This document shows positions 1 through 10,442 of a stretch of DNA of 64,000 nucleotides, piece after piece. The position numbers were made by a program, and so were the translations under genes. The DNA lies in assembly GCA_030705825.1 (NCBI GenBank), contig JAUZPR010000002.1, positions 6,101-70,100 of the forward strand, given 5' to 3'. The notes beneath the pieces are model-generated. The model was not told the origin of the DNA. It saw nothing but the letters and a program-made list of their open reading frames with translations, and made no database searches. The stretch comes from Bacillota bacterium (lineage in GTDB: Bacteria > Bacillota > Clostridia > Acetivibrionales > JANLFN01). Each line of letters starts with the position of its first letter. Position 1 is the stretch's first letter.

Positions 1-346
1 CATCCCTATAAGTGAGAACAATTGTCAAACCATCAAGTTTCCATGATAGGATTCCTTCCTTGTTTCCGAGCCATTCTTTTAAATCAGTTGTCTCCTTTGT
101 TTTATCCAAAGACAGCATAGGTTTGTCATGGGGCTCTTTAGGCAGATTTGTAAGCAGCTCATAACCTACTTTTATTGAAGGACTGTTGGATAATACTATT
201 CCGGTTTCTTTCTCAAGCTCCAGTAATTCATCATACAGCTTGTCATATTCAAAATTAGTCATAATCTCGGTATTTAACTGATAATAAGCTTTTGCAGCTT
301 CATTCAATTTTCCGATCCTATCTTTCATTTGTTGAATTTTATCCAT
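1..346 (-). CDS. ligA: NAD-dependent DNA ligase, N-terminal part (gene continues past window start)
   Basis: Hand translation from ATG at 344-346 (GGAGGG upstream): MDKIQQMKDRIGKLNEAAKAYYQLNTEIMTNFEYDKLYDELLELEKETG...ILSWKLDGLTIVLTYRD. It shows the LigA Ia-domain pattern and the KxDG adenylation motif. It is absent from the ORF track because it runs off the edge. Confidence 0.75.
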   Translation of the reverse strand, partial: MDKIQQMKDRIGKLNEAAKAYYQLNTEIMTNFEYDKLYDELLELEKETGIVLSNSPSIKVGYELLTNLPKEPHDKPMLSLDKTKETTDLKEWLGNKEGILSWKLDGLTIVLTYRD

Positions 347-390
347 ATAACAGTTGCCCTCCGGTTATGTTTTACTTTTTTATAATATAT

Positions 391-1122
391 TTATCTGATA
401 TTTGCTGTTTTTCCCATTCTTCTTTTTCTGCCTGAAGATGTCTTTGATTTTTTAAGGACTGCATATACAGCTGCTATGGAAATTGCCAGCCAAATCGCTC
501 CCCAAACCAAGGAAGGAACATGTGTAATTCTGGCAAGATTTACTGCGTCTGTAACCGGCTGCTTACTCCAGCCGTTTATAATATGTAATTTGGTGTTAAT
601 CTGCAACAGTATTGTATCTACAAACGTATCATAAATTGCATAAGCTGCACTAGCCACACCGATGATATCAATTACCCAGTCAGTAACCTTTTCATTCTGC
701 AGCATGTAAATTAAAAGTACAAATGCAGTAAATATTATTGAATATATCAATGTAGAACCATTTGAAGAGTATTTTATTGAAACTCCCAGAAATAATATTG
801 CCAGTGTTCCAAGAATATATTTCTTAAATGATGTCCGCTTTAAATACAGAATCAGTACAGCAAACAGTACACTTCCGAGATACCCGCCATTTGCCGCCAT
901 AAACTCGGAAAACCACCCTTTAGTGTGAACAATGGTATATCCACTTTCATTCATGTTCACATTAAAGGAACTTATTCCTCCTCCGAACATGAAAGCCATA
1001 AGAGCATGTCCAAGCTCGTGAAGATAAACGGTAAAAATTTTCAGAGGTTTTATAATAATTGTATTCCAAAGTATAATTATTGCAATCAAAATCAATAAAT
1101 ATCTGGGAATTTTTATCTTCAT
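391..1122 (-). CDS. Membrane metallopeptidase, M50B-like (HExxH)
   Basis: Multi-TM protein with an HELGHALMA zinc motif. Start moved to the internal ATG (MKIKIPRYL) preceded by AAGGGGGAA. Confidence 0.55.
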   Translation of the reverse strand: MKIKIPRYLLILIAIIILWNTIIIKPLKIFTVYLHELGHALMAFMFGGGISSFNVNMNESGYTIVHTKGWFSEFMAANGGYLGSVLFAVLILYLKRTSFKKYILGTLAILFLGVSIKYSSNGSTLIYSIIFTAFVLLIYMLQNEKVTDWVIDIIGVASAAYAIYDTFVDTILLQINTKLHIINGWSKQPVTDAVNLARITHVPSLVWGAIWLAISIAAVYAVLKKSKTSSGRKRRMGKTANIR

Positions 1123-1149
1123 AATTTCCCCCTTAAAGAAGAACAAAAA

Positions 1150-1190
1150 TGGCTTAAATAATTCCGCCGGGTTCTGTGGACCCGGCGGAA
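1150..1190 (-). terminator. Hairpin TTCCGCCGGG-N9-CCCGGCGGAA with interrupted U-tract
   Basis: Perfect 10-bp GC-rich inverted repeat at 1162-1171/1181-1190. On the minus strand it is followed by TTATTTAAGCCATTTTT. It lies about 190 nt downstream of the glycerate kinase stop. Confidence 0.4.
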
Positions 1191-1382
1191 AAATCCCATA
1201 TAAAATTATACATTGGAGACATTAAAAAAGAAAGGTTTTCCTGCAAGAGCTGCTTCAGAAGATTATTGAAGTCCTTTTTATAACTTGTGTTTATTTCCCG
1301 ATTGCTTAATATATCAGGGTACCAAATCTGTTGAATATTCGTAGTATATATTTTTTTAGTCCAATTAAAGTACATTTATTAT

Positions 1383-2543
1383 TTAATAACTGTTACCTGC
1401 TTTTTTACGGTTTAAGTCTATCATTAGTACCCTGATAATTCTCTCTGCTGCAGCTTCCAAAAGCTGTTTCGAATTTTCAAATGCCTGTTCAAGAGACATT
1501 GGTTTATCAACTATAGAGAATATTGCATCAAAACCGTTATTGTAAAGTTCCTCAAATCCTGTACCTAAACTCCCGGCAATTGCAATAACCGGAAGATTAT
1601 ATTTTTTTGCAATTTGAGCAACACCGTATGGAGTCTTGCCGAATTTTGTCTGGAAATCCATTCCGCCTTCTCCGGTTAATACAAGATCAGCGTCTTTTAT
1701 TATATTTTCAAGTCCGGTCAATTCAATAACCAGGTCAATACCTTTTTTCATTTCCGCATTAAAAAAAGCTATCAATGCAGCACCCAATCCTCCGGCAGCT
1801 CCTGAGCCTGCACAGTCAATAACCGATTTCCCGGCAGCTTTCTCTATAAGCTTTCCGAAATGGTAAAGGTTTTTGTCCAGGATTTCAACCATATTTTTGT
1901 CTGCACCTTTTTGAATCCCATAAATATAGGATGCTCCGTTACTTCCGCACAAGGGATTATCCACATCGCAGGCCACGGTTATTTTAGATTCGCTTATTCT
2001 GCCGTCAAAACCCGACAAATCAATTGTTGAGACTTTTGACAGACTTTCACCGCCATAACCGATTTCATACCCGTTAATATCAAGAAGCTTTGCCCCGAGT
2101 GCTTGAAGCATTCCCGCTCCGCCATCGTTTGTAGCACTTCCTCCGATGCCCAGTATAAAATTTCTGCAGTCCATATCGAGCGCACCTTTTATTAGTTCAC
2201 CGAAGCCATATGTGGTAGTTTTCATCGGATTGCGTTCAGAAGCAGAAAGCAGCATTAATCCTGACGATGCAGCCATTTCGATTATAGCCGTATTTCTATC
2301 TTCCAATATTCCCATGAAAGATTCTGTAGGTCTGCCTAATGGATCTACTACCTTTTTCTTTACAATTTTGCCTTTTAATCCTTCTACCAGAGATTGTACA
2401 GTACCTTCTCCGCCGTCTGCCATAGGAACCTTGATTACTTCAATGTCGCAGGAAGCTTTTTTTATTCCTATTTCTATATGGTTGGCAACTTCATTGGATA
2501 AAAGGCTTCCCTTAAACTTGTCAGATGCCACTACCACCTTCAT
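1383..2543 (-). CDS. glxK: Glycerate kinase
   Basis: MKVVVASDKFKGSL N-terminus and full-length glycerate kinase family similarity. ATG at 2543 has an AAGGTG RBS 6 nt upstream. The track start at 2552 is a GTG inside the RBS. Confidence 0.9.
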   Translation of the reverse strand: MKVVVASDKFKGSLLSNEVANHIEIGIKKASCDIEVIKVPMADGGEGTVQSLVEGLKGKIVKKKVVDPLGRPTESFMGILEDRNTAIIEMAASSGLMLLSASERNPMKTTTYGFGELIKGALDMDCRNFILGIGGSATNDGGAGMLQALGAKLLDINGYEIGYGGESLSKVSTIDLSGFDGRISESKITVACDVDNPLCGSNGASYIYGIQKGADKNMVEILDKNLYHFGKLIEKAAGKSVIDCAGSGAAGGLGAALIAFFNAEMKKGIDLVIELTGLENIIKDADLVLTGEGGMDFQTKFGKTPYGVAQIAKKYNLPVIAIAGSLGTGFEELYNNGFDAIFSIVDKPMSLEQAFENSKQLLEAAAERIIRVLMIDLNRKKAGNSY

Positions 2544-2636
2544 ATTTATCACCTTTTCCGCTGCTTTGAATATTAAATGAACTTTTCTCTAAGTGAAAGA
2601 TTTCGAGTCAATTCATTTTAAAAACACTTTCAAAGT

Positions 2637-3830
2637 TTATAATGAAACATTTTCAAACAGCATGGAAATACCCTGTCCACCGCCTATACACATTGTAACA
2701 AGCCCTAATTTTGAATTTCTTCTCTGCATTTCATACATAAGCTTGACCGGAAGAATTACACCTGTTGCTCCAACAGGGTGACCAAGAGCAATGGCTCCTC
2801 CGTTTACATTAACTTTATCGGTATTCAATCCAAGATCATTAATAACTGCAACCGATTGTGAAGCAAAAGCTTCATTTAATTCTATCAGATCAATATCATT
2901 AACATTCATTTTAAGTCTTTCCATGAGTTTCCTTGTTGAAAGAGCAGGTGCAAAACCCATCAGTTCAGCTTCATTTCCTGCTACTGCAAAACCTTTTATT
3001 GACATAATAGGTTTAATTCCAAGTTCATCTGCTTTTTCCCTGGACATAACAACTACAGCCGCTGCACCGTCATTAATTCCGGAAGCATTTGCTGCTGTTA
3101 CACTGCCGCCTGCTTTGAATGCCGGTTTCATTTTGGACAATTTTTCTAATGTAAGTCCTCTGCGCGGGTGTTCATCGGTACTGAACCACTCTGTTTTACC
3201 TTTTCCGACAGGAACTTCAACCGGAACTATTTCATCCACAAATTTACCGTCATCAAGAGCTTTTACAGCCTTTTCCTGGCTCAGAAAAGCAAATTCGTCC
3301 TGTTGTTCACGTGTAACACTATATTTGTCTGCAACGTTTTCTGCAGTCATTCCATTGTGAAATGGTCCCAAAGGCCATGTGAGTATATCAATCAAACCAT
3401 CCTCAAGGTTTCCATGCCCCATTCTGTAACCGAATCTGGCTCCCTTTACGTAATATGGCAGCTGACTCATGTTTTCGGTTCCGCATGCTACAACAATATC
3501 AGCATTTTCTGTCTGTATTTTCATCACTGCATCTGCAATTGCTTCAAGACCTGAACCGCACTGTCTGTTAACCGAGTAGGCAGTAGTTTCCAATGGAAGT
3601 CCGGCTTTTAACGAGCACATTCTTCCTATAAATCCGTTTTCTGCAATTTGTCCTACATTTCCAACTATAACTTCATCAACCAGTTTACCATCAATATTTG
3701 ATCTTTTTATAGCTTCTTTTATTACTATAGCTGCAAGGTCAGTGCAGTGCACATCCTTAAGACTTCCACCAAAACCTCCTATTGCAGTTCTTGCCCCGCT
3801 TGTAATTACAATTTCCTTAAAACTGCCCAT
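2637..3830 (-). CDS. Acetyl-CoA C-acetyltransferase (thiolase II family)
   Basis: Thiolase motifs NRQCGSGLEA (active Cys), GHPVGATG and CIGGGQG. Start at MGSFKEIVI with a GGGGAGG RBS. Confidence 0.9.
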   Translation of the reverse strand: MGSFKEIVITSGARTAIGGFGGSLKDVHCTDLAAIVIKEAIKRSNIDGKLVDEVIVGNVGQIAENGFIGRMCSLKAGLPLETTAYSVNRQCGSGLEAIADAVMKIQTENADIVVACGTENMSQLPYYVKGARFGYRMGHGNLEDGLIDILTWPLGPFHNGMTAENVADKYSVTREQQDEFAFLSQEKAVKALDDGKFVDEIVPVEVPVGKGKTEWFSTDEHPRRGLTLEKLSKMKPAFKAGGSVTAANASGINDGAAAVVVMSREKADELGIKPIMSIKGFAVAGNEAELMGFAPALSTRKLMERLKMNVNDIDLIELNEAFASQSVAVINDLGLNTDKVNVNGGAIALGHPVGATGVILPVKLMYEMQRRNSKLGLVTMCIGGGQGISMLFENVSL

Positions 3831-3867
3831 ACTTATGACCTCCCCGTATTTTAACAATGTTTTTATT

Positions 3868-4839
3868 TTATTGCCTTAGCTTAGGCGCTTTAATGTACAG
3901 AATAACCAATATAACAAGTAAGATAATTCCCTGAATAAGTGACCTTACCCCTGCAGGCATTCCTATTGCAACCAGAATGCTTGTAAGAAGGACAAGTACT
4001 ATAGCTCCCAATGCTCCGCCAACAAGGGTTCCTTTACCGCCTGTCAGCTTGGTACCCCCAATTACTACAGCGGCTATTGAAAGCAGCGTATAATCATTGG
4101 CCATCTGAAGCTGACCGCTACCGGCATACCCTACCAGGAACATCCCGGCTAGAGCTGCAATTATTCCGCCTAAAACATATGACGCAATTGCTACAATATT
4201 TACATTTGTTCCAGCAAGCTTTGCAGCATTTCTGTTGCTTCCTACAAGATAAACCAGTTTACCGAATTTTGTTTTTCTTAAGACTAATTCCATTAAAACA
4301 ATTGCCAGAATTGCAATAATCAATAATACCCTGACAGGTCCAAACACTCTCTTGCCGACTCCCAGAAGAGCAGGAGGAATAGTTACTGAAGGTTGGCCGT
4401 TTGTATAACCTAAAGTCAATCCGTTTACTACCGATGCCATAATAAGTGTCATAACCAGCGGCGGTATTTTGATTATTTGTGATCCGAAGCCGTTTATAAA
4501 TCCAATAATTCCACCTATCAGAACCAGAGCAGCTATCATCAGAATAATCCGTCCTGATTGTCCCTTTGATATCATTGGTCCTATCAAGGCACCCATGGAC
4601 ATTATCGCTCCAAGTGACATATCTATACCTTCGCCGCCCGAAGTTATAATCAATGCCTGGCCGATTGTGGCTATTGCAAGAATACTTGCAACCGTCAGTA
4701 AATTACCTATGTTGCTTATGTCCGCAAAACCCGGACTTAAAATCTGTCCTATAATCAATAACGCTACACTGGCTATTATTGAAGGAAAAAATGTTTTCAA
4801 ATTAGTAAGACCTTTCAGGCTAAGTCCATTTCTACTCAT
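3868..4839 (-). CDS. Sugar ABC transporter permease (ribose/CUT2 type)
   Basis: Polytopic membrane protein with typical RbsC-like composition, inside an ABC operon. Confidence 0.85.
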   Translation of the reverse strand: MSRNGLSLKGLTNLKTFFPSIIASVALLIIGQILSPGFADISNIGNLLTVASILAIATIGQALIITSGGEGIDMSLGAIMSMGALIGPMISKGQSGRIILMIAALVLIGGIIGFINGFGSQIIKIPPLVMTLIMASVVNGLTLGYTNGQPSVTIPPALLGVGKRVFGPVRVLLIIAILAIVLMELVLRKTKFGKLVYLVGSNRNAAKLAGTNVNIVAIASYVLGGIIAALAGMFLVGYAGSGQLQMANDYTLLSIAAVVIGGTKLTGGKGTLVGGALGAIVLVLLTSILVAIGMPAGVRSLIQGIILLVILVILYIKAPKLRQ

Positions 4840-4866
4840 CTTTTCACCCCGTTCCTTAAGAATATA

Positions 4867-5844
4867 TCAAGCTTTATTCATAAATTTCCTGCTAAGTAAT
4901 GTAGCTCCTATAACTCCTACAAGGATTATTACTCCTGAAAAGAAATCCTGGTAAAAAGGATTAATTTTAGCAGAAAGGACTGTAGTTATTACAAGTCCCA
5001 GGAAAAGTGCACCGAACACTGACCCCAGAATACTTCCCTTACCGCCTGAAAGCGATATTCCTCCGATTACGCAGGCAGCAATTGCACTTAATGCCAGAGG
5101 AAGTCCTGCCAGGGGATCTCCCGATCCGATACTTCCTGTAAGGCACAATGCGCCTATACCTGCAAGTAATCCCGAAAAGCTGTACATGAAAAGTTGTGTC
5201 CATTTTACCGGCACAGCAGACATGTATGCCTTTTTCTCATCTCTTCCCATTGAATACAACCAGATCCTTATAGGGCTGTATTTAATGGCTACCCAAATCA
5301 GAAGAGCTGCTACTATTATGAATATTGGAGCCGGAAGGCCAAGGAAAAGGCTGTTATACCAGTTTATCAATCCCATTGGTGCCGATCCTCCGGGTGTAGG
5401 CATTATCCATAAGGCAATACCGCCAAAAACAGAGGTGGTGGCAAAAGTGGCAAGCAGGGGCGGAACTCTGAAAAATCCTACTATTATACCGTTTATCACT
5501 CCGCAGACCAACGCAATGACTAAACCCACAATTGCTGCTGAGCCGAATGACCAGCCATTGCCAACCAGGGATATGAATACAACATTGACCAAACACGTGA
5601 TAGCACCCAGCGAAATATCTATGCCTCCGCCTATCAGAACCACCGATACTCCAATTGCAATCAGTACAAGAGGTGCATTAGCCGTAAAAAAACCTATCAT
5701 AAATCCCGAGGTCAAGAATCTTCTTGTAATGAATATGTTTAAGATAACAAATAGTATAAATAGGGTTACTGCAGGCAAAAATGTCATTTTGGAAATGCTT
5801 TTTAGTACTGAAGACTGTTTTTTGTCTGTACCATGGGTTATCAT
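4867..5844 (-). CDS. Sugar ABC transporter permease (ribose/CUT2 type)
   Basis: Second RbsC-like permease. Its start overlaps the ATPase stop (ATGA coupling at 5841-5844). Confidence 0.85.
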   Translation of the reverse strand: MITHGTDKKQSSVLKSISKMTFLPAVTLFILFVILNIFITRRFLTSGFMIGFFTANAPLVLIAIGVSVVLIGGGIDISLGAITCLVNVVFISLVGNGWSFGSAAIVGLVIALVCGVINGIIVGFFRVPPLLATFATTSVFGGIALWIMPTPGGSAPMGLINWYNSLFLGLPAPIFIIVAALLIWVAIKYSPIRIWLYSMGRDEKKAYMSAVPVKWTQLFMYSFSGLLAGIGALCLTGSIGSGDPLAGLPLALSAIAACVIGGISLSGGKGSILGSVFGALFLGLVITTVLSAKINPFYQDFFSGVIILVGVIGATLLSRKFMNKA

Positions 5845-7334
5845 TTATTTCCTCCCCCTTTCGGCATTGAGTAGGCAATAATGTTCTCCTTGGTAATATC
5901 TTTTCCCATTAGTGTTTTTACAATATTGCCCTCATACATGACAATTATTCTGGACAAATGCGTATGCTTGGTCAACTCAACCAGCTCTTCATCGTCACTT
6001 GAAACCATCATAACTGCTGAACCGGCATCGGCTAAATCCCTGAATATCTTATGGATGTCTCTTCTTGCCTGAACATCAATACCTTTTGTAGGGTCATCTG
6101 CAAGAAGAACCAGCGGCATAGATGAAGTCCATCTTCCGATTACAACCTTTTGCTGATTTCCTCCGCTCAAGGTTGTAATCTGCTGTCTCGTGCTTCCAAA
6201 TACAACTCCGTAATCCTTCAAAAGTTTCATTTCATTAACCCTTGTTTTTTTAAGTACAAGATTATTAACAGCTGTAAGATTTTCCGAAACAGATCTTTCA
6301 CCGAATACTCCTTCTTTTTCCCTGTCACCCGATACAAATGCCAGACCTGACTTAACGGCTTTAATTGGTGAAGTTATATGTTTCTCGGTTCCGTCTATTT
6401 CCAGCCGAATTCCTCCCTGTAAACCGAAAACAGTCTTCAGGAACTCTGATTGTCCATGGCCCTGTAAACCGGCAATACCTATTATTTCGCCTTTTTTAAC
6501 TTCGATATTGATTTTGCTGTCAAATCTAGGAAGCACCAAATCTTTTATATTCAAAATCGTCTTTGTATTTTCGTAGACAAGACTGTTATTTTCGCTTTCA
6601 AGATCTGAATCCTTTATATCTCTTCCGGTCATTAAGGATAGCAGTTCATTTTCATTCTTTTCATTTATTTTATAAGTTCCTACAATTTCTCCGTTTTTCA
6701 TAACAGTTACAGTGTCACAGATCGAATATATTTCAGACATTCTGTGTGAGATAAAGATAACAGTACAGCCCTTTGCTTTTAAAGCATGGATAATTTCTCT
6801 AACTACTTCAACATCCTCTCTGTATAAAGCAGAAGTAATTTCATCAATAATCAAAATATCCGGCTGCTGGACCAAGGCTTTTGCAAATTCCACCATATAC
6901 TGCTGATTAGGTGCAAGTTCGGAAATTTCTTTATCTAATAAATGTTCAAGCTTTAAACTCTTTAATATCTCAAAAGCTCTCTTTTTTATTTCCTTTTTAT
7001 TTACAAACAATCCTCTGGTGACAGGTAACTGGCATATACAAAGATTCTCTTCAACTGAAAGATTTGTAAAAAGCCCTAATTCCTGAGATGTTATGACTAT
7101 TCCGTGCTTCTTTGTATTTGATGGCGATTTGGTTTTTATTACTTTATCACGTATTTTTACCGCTCCGGTATCAGGACTTACTGCGCCGCCGATAATCTTT
7201 GCGATGGTACTTTTTCCTGAACCGTTGCCTCCTAGTAACGCCCTGATTTCTCCTTCCGCCACTGAAAGGCTGGCATTCTTCAAAGCAGTTATGTTCCCGA
7301 AGGTTTTTGAAATATTTTCGCAGGTTAATTTCAT
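5841..7334 (-). CDS. Sugar ABC transporter ATP-binding protein (duplicated ATPase)
   Basis: Walker A GGNGSGKST, signature LSGGNQQK, two nucleotide-binding domains as in RbsA/LsrA-type proteins. Start at MKLTCENISKTF with a GAGGGG RBS. Confidence 0.9.
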   Translation of the reverse strand: MKLTCENISKTFGNITALKNASLSVAEGEIRALLGGNGSGKSTIAKIIGGAVSPDTGAVKIRDKVIKTKSPSNTKKHGIVITSQELGLFTNLSVEENLCICQLPVTRGLFVNKKEIKKRAFEILKSLKLEHLLDKEISELAPNQQYMVEFAKALVQQPDILIIDEITSALYREDVEVVREIIHALKAKGCTVIFISHRMSEIYSICDTVTVMKNGEIVGTYKINEKNENELLSLMTGRDIKDSDLESENNSLVYENTKTILNIKDLVLPRFDSKINIEVKKGEIIGIAGLQGHGQSEFLKTVFGLQGGIRLEIDGTEKHITSPIKAVKSGLAFVSGDREKEGVFGERSVSENLTAVNNLVLKKTRVNEMKLLKDYGVVFGSTRQQITTLSGGNQQKVVIGRWTSSMPLVLLADDPTKGIDVQARRDIHKIFRDLADAGSAVMMVSSDDEELVELTKHTHLSRIIVMYEGNIVKTLMGKDITKENIIAYSMPKGGGNK

Positions 7335-7440
7335 AATAGCCCCTCTTTCCCGAAGAGTTAACTTGTAGCTGAATATCAAGTTATCAGGCGGCTTTATAAC
7401 GTTTTAGGTCTATAAAACCGCCTGACCTTATTTTTGTTTA

Positions 7441-8628
7441 TTATTTAAAGAAGCTGTTCAACTGATCATCCGTTAATGTGGCATCCAGTGCTGCTGTAGA
7501 AGGCTGGCCCTGTCCAAGCTTAGCTGCGTCGTCAAGCTTTATAGCTTTTGTCAGGCTGTAGCCTTTCATCCATACTGCATTCGGATCGCCATCCTTAGTA
7601 ACAACATATGGCGGGTCAAGCATGATAGCATTCTTAAGGCTTGGATTCAGAGGATTAGCCTGCATTACACCATCTTTAAGCTGTTTTCCCTGAAGAAGTC
7701 TGATTGTTATTCCAAGTACGTCTGCCGACATACCAGGCGCATACGGTACACCGATTGTGTTAAGATCAGGTGTCTGTGCCCATTTGTTGAGGAATCCAAA
7801 GGTATAGTCACCTGTCATAACCGGAGGCTTTTTACCTGCTGTTTCATAAGCTCTGAGTACACCTTCTGCCATAACGTCCTGTTCAAGTATTCCGTCAAAA
7901 TTCTTATATGTGTTGATAAATGTTGACATTACTGACTGTGCTTCTGTTTCAGACCATTTGCCTGGTGCTGAAGCAAGTACTTTTATTCCGGGGTATTTGC
8001 TGAGAACATCCTTAGCTGCATTTACACGCAATGTATCTGCTGTATTTCCAGGCAATCCGGTAATTTCAACTATGTTGCCTTTTCCTTTTAACTGTTCTGC
8101 CATCCAAGTTGTCTGAATTCTCCAAAAAGCATCATTGTTACCTATAACTGCATAGGTTCCGTCATATGCTGCAGGGTCGTTTGTAATTATTACAAGAATC
8201 CCCTGTGCTTTTGCCTTTGCTATAACAGGTCCAAGTGAAGTTGCTGATACCGGGTCAATCATCAAAGCATCTACGCCGCTGCTTATCAATGTGTTTATCT
8301 GGTTGAGCTGTTGAGTTACGTCTGCATTACAGCTTACAACCTGAAAATCTTTAATTATTCCTGCATCCTTATACTTCTGGGCAGCTTTCTGGAAATCATC
8401 AACAAACTGGCTGCGCCATGTGTTTCCTATATAACCGTTGGCAAATCCTATTGTAAAACCGCTTTGCTTTGCTGTAGTACTAGCTGCTGGAGTTGAAGAA
8501 CTGCTACTGGCTGCTGAAACCGAGTTTGAAGAACTTGTACCGGTTGAGGAACTGCCGCATGCTGCAAGGCTTAATACCAAAACCATTGCTGTTATTACTG
8601 CTAATACTTTAAAAACTGTTCTTCTCAT
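7441..8628 (-). CDS. ABC transporter substrate-binding lipoprotein (periplasmic-binding-protein type I)
   Basis: Signal peptide plus lipobox LSLAAC, a Ser/Thr-rich linker, then a sugar-binding fold. AAGGAGG RBS. Confidence 0.85.
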   Translation of the reverse strand: MRRTVFKVLAVITAMVLVLSLAACGSSSTGTSSSNSVSAASSSSSTPAASTTAKQSGFTIGFANGYIGNTWRSQFVDDFQKAAQKYKDAGIIKDFQVVSCNADVTQQLNQINTLISSGVDALMIDPVSATSLGPVIAKAKAQGILVIITNDPAAYDGTYAVIGNNDAFWRIQTTWMAEQLKGKGNIVEITGLPGNTADTLRVNAAKDVLSKYPGIKVLASAPGKWSETEAQSVMSTFINTYKNFDGILEQDVMAEGVLRAYETAGKKPPVMTGDYTFGFLNKWAQTPDLNTIGVPYAPGMSADVLGITIRLLQGKQLKDGVMQANPLNPSLKNAIMLDPPYVVTKDGDPNAVWMKGYSLTKAIKLDDAAKLGQGQPSTAALDATLTDDQLNSFFK

Positions 8629-8860
8629 AACTTTCCTCCTTAAGTTTCCTTAAATTTTTGGAATAAATACACCCGCAACTCTTTATATAATGCACTGGTT
8701 TCAATGAAAGCCGTGCAATTATATTAATGGTTATTGGTTTGCCTGCATGGTTGTATCATTATCCATTCTTGCTCAAATACCCCATGTAAGGCAAACAGAT
8801 AATAGGACTCTTAAAACAAAGCTCATTTGCCTGAGTTAAAACCATTACAGATTACATAAT

Positions 8861-9613
8861 TCAGATTTTTATTTCAGGGAAATCCGAGGTCTGAAATTTG
8901 CCGATCCCGGGTTCATGTCCGGGTAAAATGTATCTGGCACGTCTTCTGATCTGTTTATAGCTATCAAATATTTGATCGGCTGAAATCAGAATATTTGGAG
9001 GAAGATTTCCATTGATATTCTCAACCAGATTACATACATCTCCAGATACGCAAAGCACGCCTTTCTCGGTGTTTACCAATACCGACTGATGTCCTCTGGA
9101 ATGACCGGGTGTTGAGAAAACCTTAATCCCCGGCAGTATTTCTTCTTCGCCGTTTGTGAAACGCCAGCTGAAGTAATTGACAGCTCTTGAGTCATATAAT
9201 TCCTCAATGTAAAACTGCTGCTGATTGATTATGGAATTGAATGCACATTCCCATTCTGCTTGCTGAACATAAAATGTTGTATTTTTAAACAGATAGTTAT
9301 TTCCGCAGTGGTCATAATGGAGATGTGTATTAATAACTATATCCACATCTTCCGGTTTCCAGCCCAAACCTTTTTCCATGGCTGCTTTCATTTCTTCATC
9401 CGCTTCCTGGTAGCAGGTCCCCAAGGTCTTGTTAACCCATTCCTTGCTTTGGATACCTGTGTCTATAATTATTTTATGCCGGTCATTATAAACAGCTGTA
9501 GACCACATAGGTATTTCAACCAACTGTCCATATCCTGCTCCTGATGTAAGAGATGACTTATCAACTACAAGCGTTCCCATTTTCAGTGATTTTACCTTCC
9601 ATATCGGTGTCAT
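8861..9613 (-). CDS. MBL-fold metallo-hydrolase (lactonase-like)
   Basis: HLHYDHCGN (HxHxDH) motif and later His residues. Size and motif resemble AiiA-type lactonases. Confidence 0.7.
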   Translation of the reverse strand: MTPIWKVKSLKMGTLVVDKSSLTSGAGYGQLVEIPMWSTAVYNDRHKIIIDTGIQSKEWVNKTLGTCYQEADEEMKAAMEKGLGWKPEDVDIVINTHLHYDHCGNNYLFKNTTFYVQQAEWECAFNSIINQQQFYIEELYDSRAVNYFSWRFTNGEEEILPGIKVFSTPGHSRGHQSVLVNTEKGVLCVSGDVCNLVENINGNLPPNILISADQIFDSYKQIRRRARYILPGHEPGIGKFQTSDFPEIKI

Positions 9614-9649
9614 TCCTTTTCCCTCCTTTCCCAGTATTAAGGATATTTT

Positions 9650-10387
9650 CTAGAGGATCATTCCTCCGCCCACATTAATAACCTCACTTGTGATATATGA
9701 TGCTTCATCCGATGCCAAAAACGCTACGAGATTTGCTACATCTTCAGGTTTTCCCGCTTTTCCTGCGGGAATTTTCCCTATCATAATATCCCATACCTTT
9801 TCAGGTACTCCTCTTGTCATATCTGTTTCTATAAATCCGGGACAAATTGCATTTACAGTAACACCTTTAGCTGCCAGTTCCCTTGCAGCAGTCTTTGAAA
9901 GACCGACTACTCCTGCCTTTGATGCTGCGTAATTTGCCTGTCCGATATTGCCAAGCCAGCTTGCCGAAGCAATATTGATTATTCTTCCGTACTGTTTTTC
10001 TCTCATCAGCTTTGCAGCCGTCTGCACACAATAAAATGTACCTGTAAGATTGACAGCTATAACCTGATCCCACTGTTCCTGAGTCATCTTGTGCAGCATT
10101 CCGTCTCTGTTTATACCTGCGTTACATACCAATATGTCAACCGTTCCAAAGGCTGTCAATGCTTCTGTAAACATTCTTTCAACATCATCGCGTACTGCAA
10201 TGTTGCCCTGAATTCCAAGTGCTTTGCCTCCGAGGGCTTCAATCTCTGCAGCAGCTTCTTTTGCATTATTTATATCAATATCGCTTATTACTACTGCTGC
10301 TCCTTCCTGTGCAAGCTTAAGGGCAATTCCCTTTCCAATTCCTCTTCCTGCTCCTGTTACTATTGCAACCTTGTTGTTCAGTCTCAA
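9650..10387 (-). CDS. Short-chain dehydrogenase/reductase (FabG-like)
   Basis: TGAGRGIGKGIA cofactor motif and YAASK catalytic motif. Preferred start is TTG at 10387, 6 nt after GGAGGTG. The track start at 10405 is an alternative. Confidence 0.85.
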   Translation of the reverse strand: MRLNNKVAIVTGAGRGIGKGIALKLAQEGAAVVISDIDINNAKEAAAEIEALGGKALGIQGNIAVRDDVERMFTEALTAFGTVDILVCNAGINRDGMLHKMTQEQWDQVIAVNLTGTFYCVQTAAKLMREKQYGRIINIASASWLGNIGQANYAASKAGVVGLSKTAARELAAKGVTVNAICPGFIETDMTRGVPEKVWDIMIGKIPAGKAGKPEDVANLVAFLASDEASYITSEVINVGGGMIL

Positions 10388-10442
10388 ACCAAACACCTCC
10401 ATCAATTTTTTCTATGCAATACTGTGTTAATTTCACAATCAA

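Noticed and set aside
1154-1375. 73-aa minus-strand ORF between the glycerate kinase and M50-like peptidase genes
   Set aside because: No RBS precedes the ATG (AAATAATAAATG). Its C-terminus is encoded by a GC-rich terminator-like hairpin. I recognise no family. It is probably non-coding 3' UTR.
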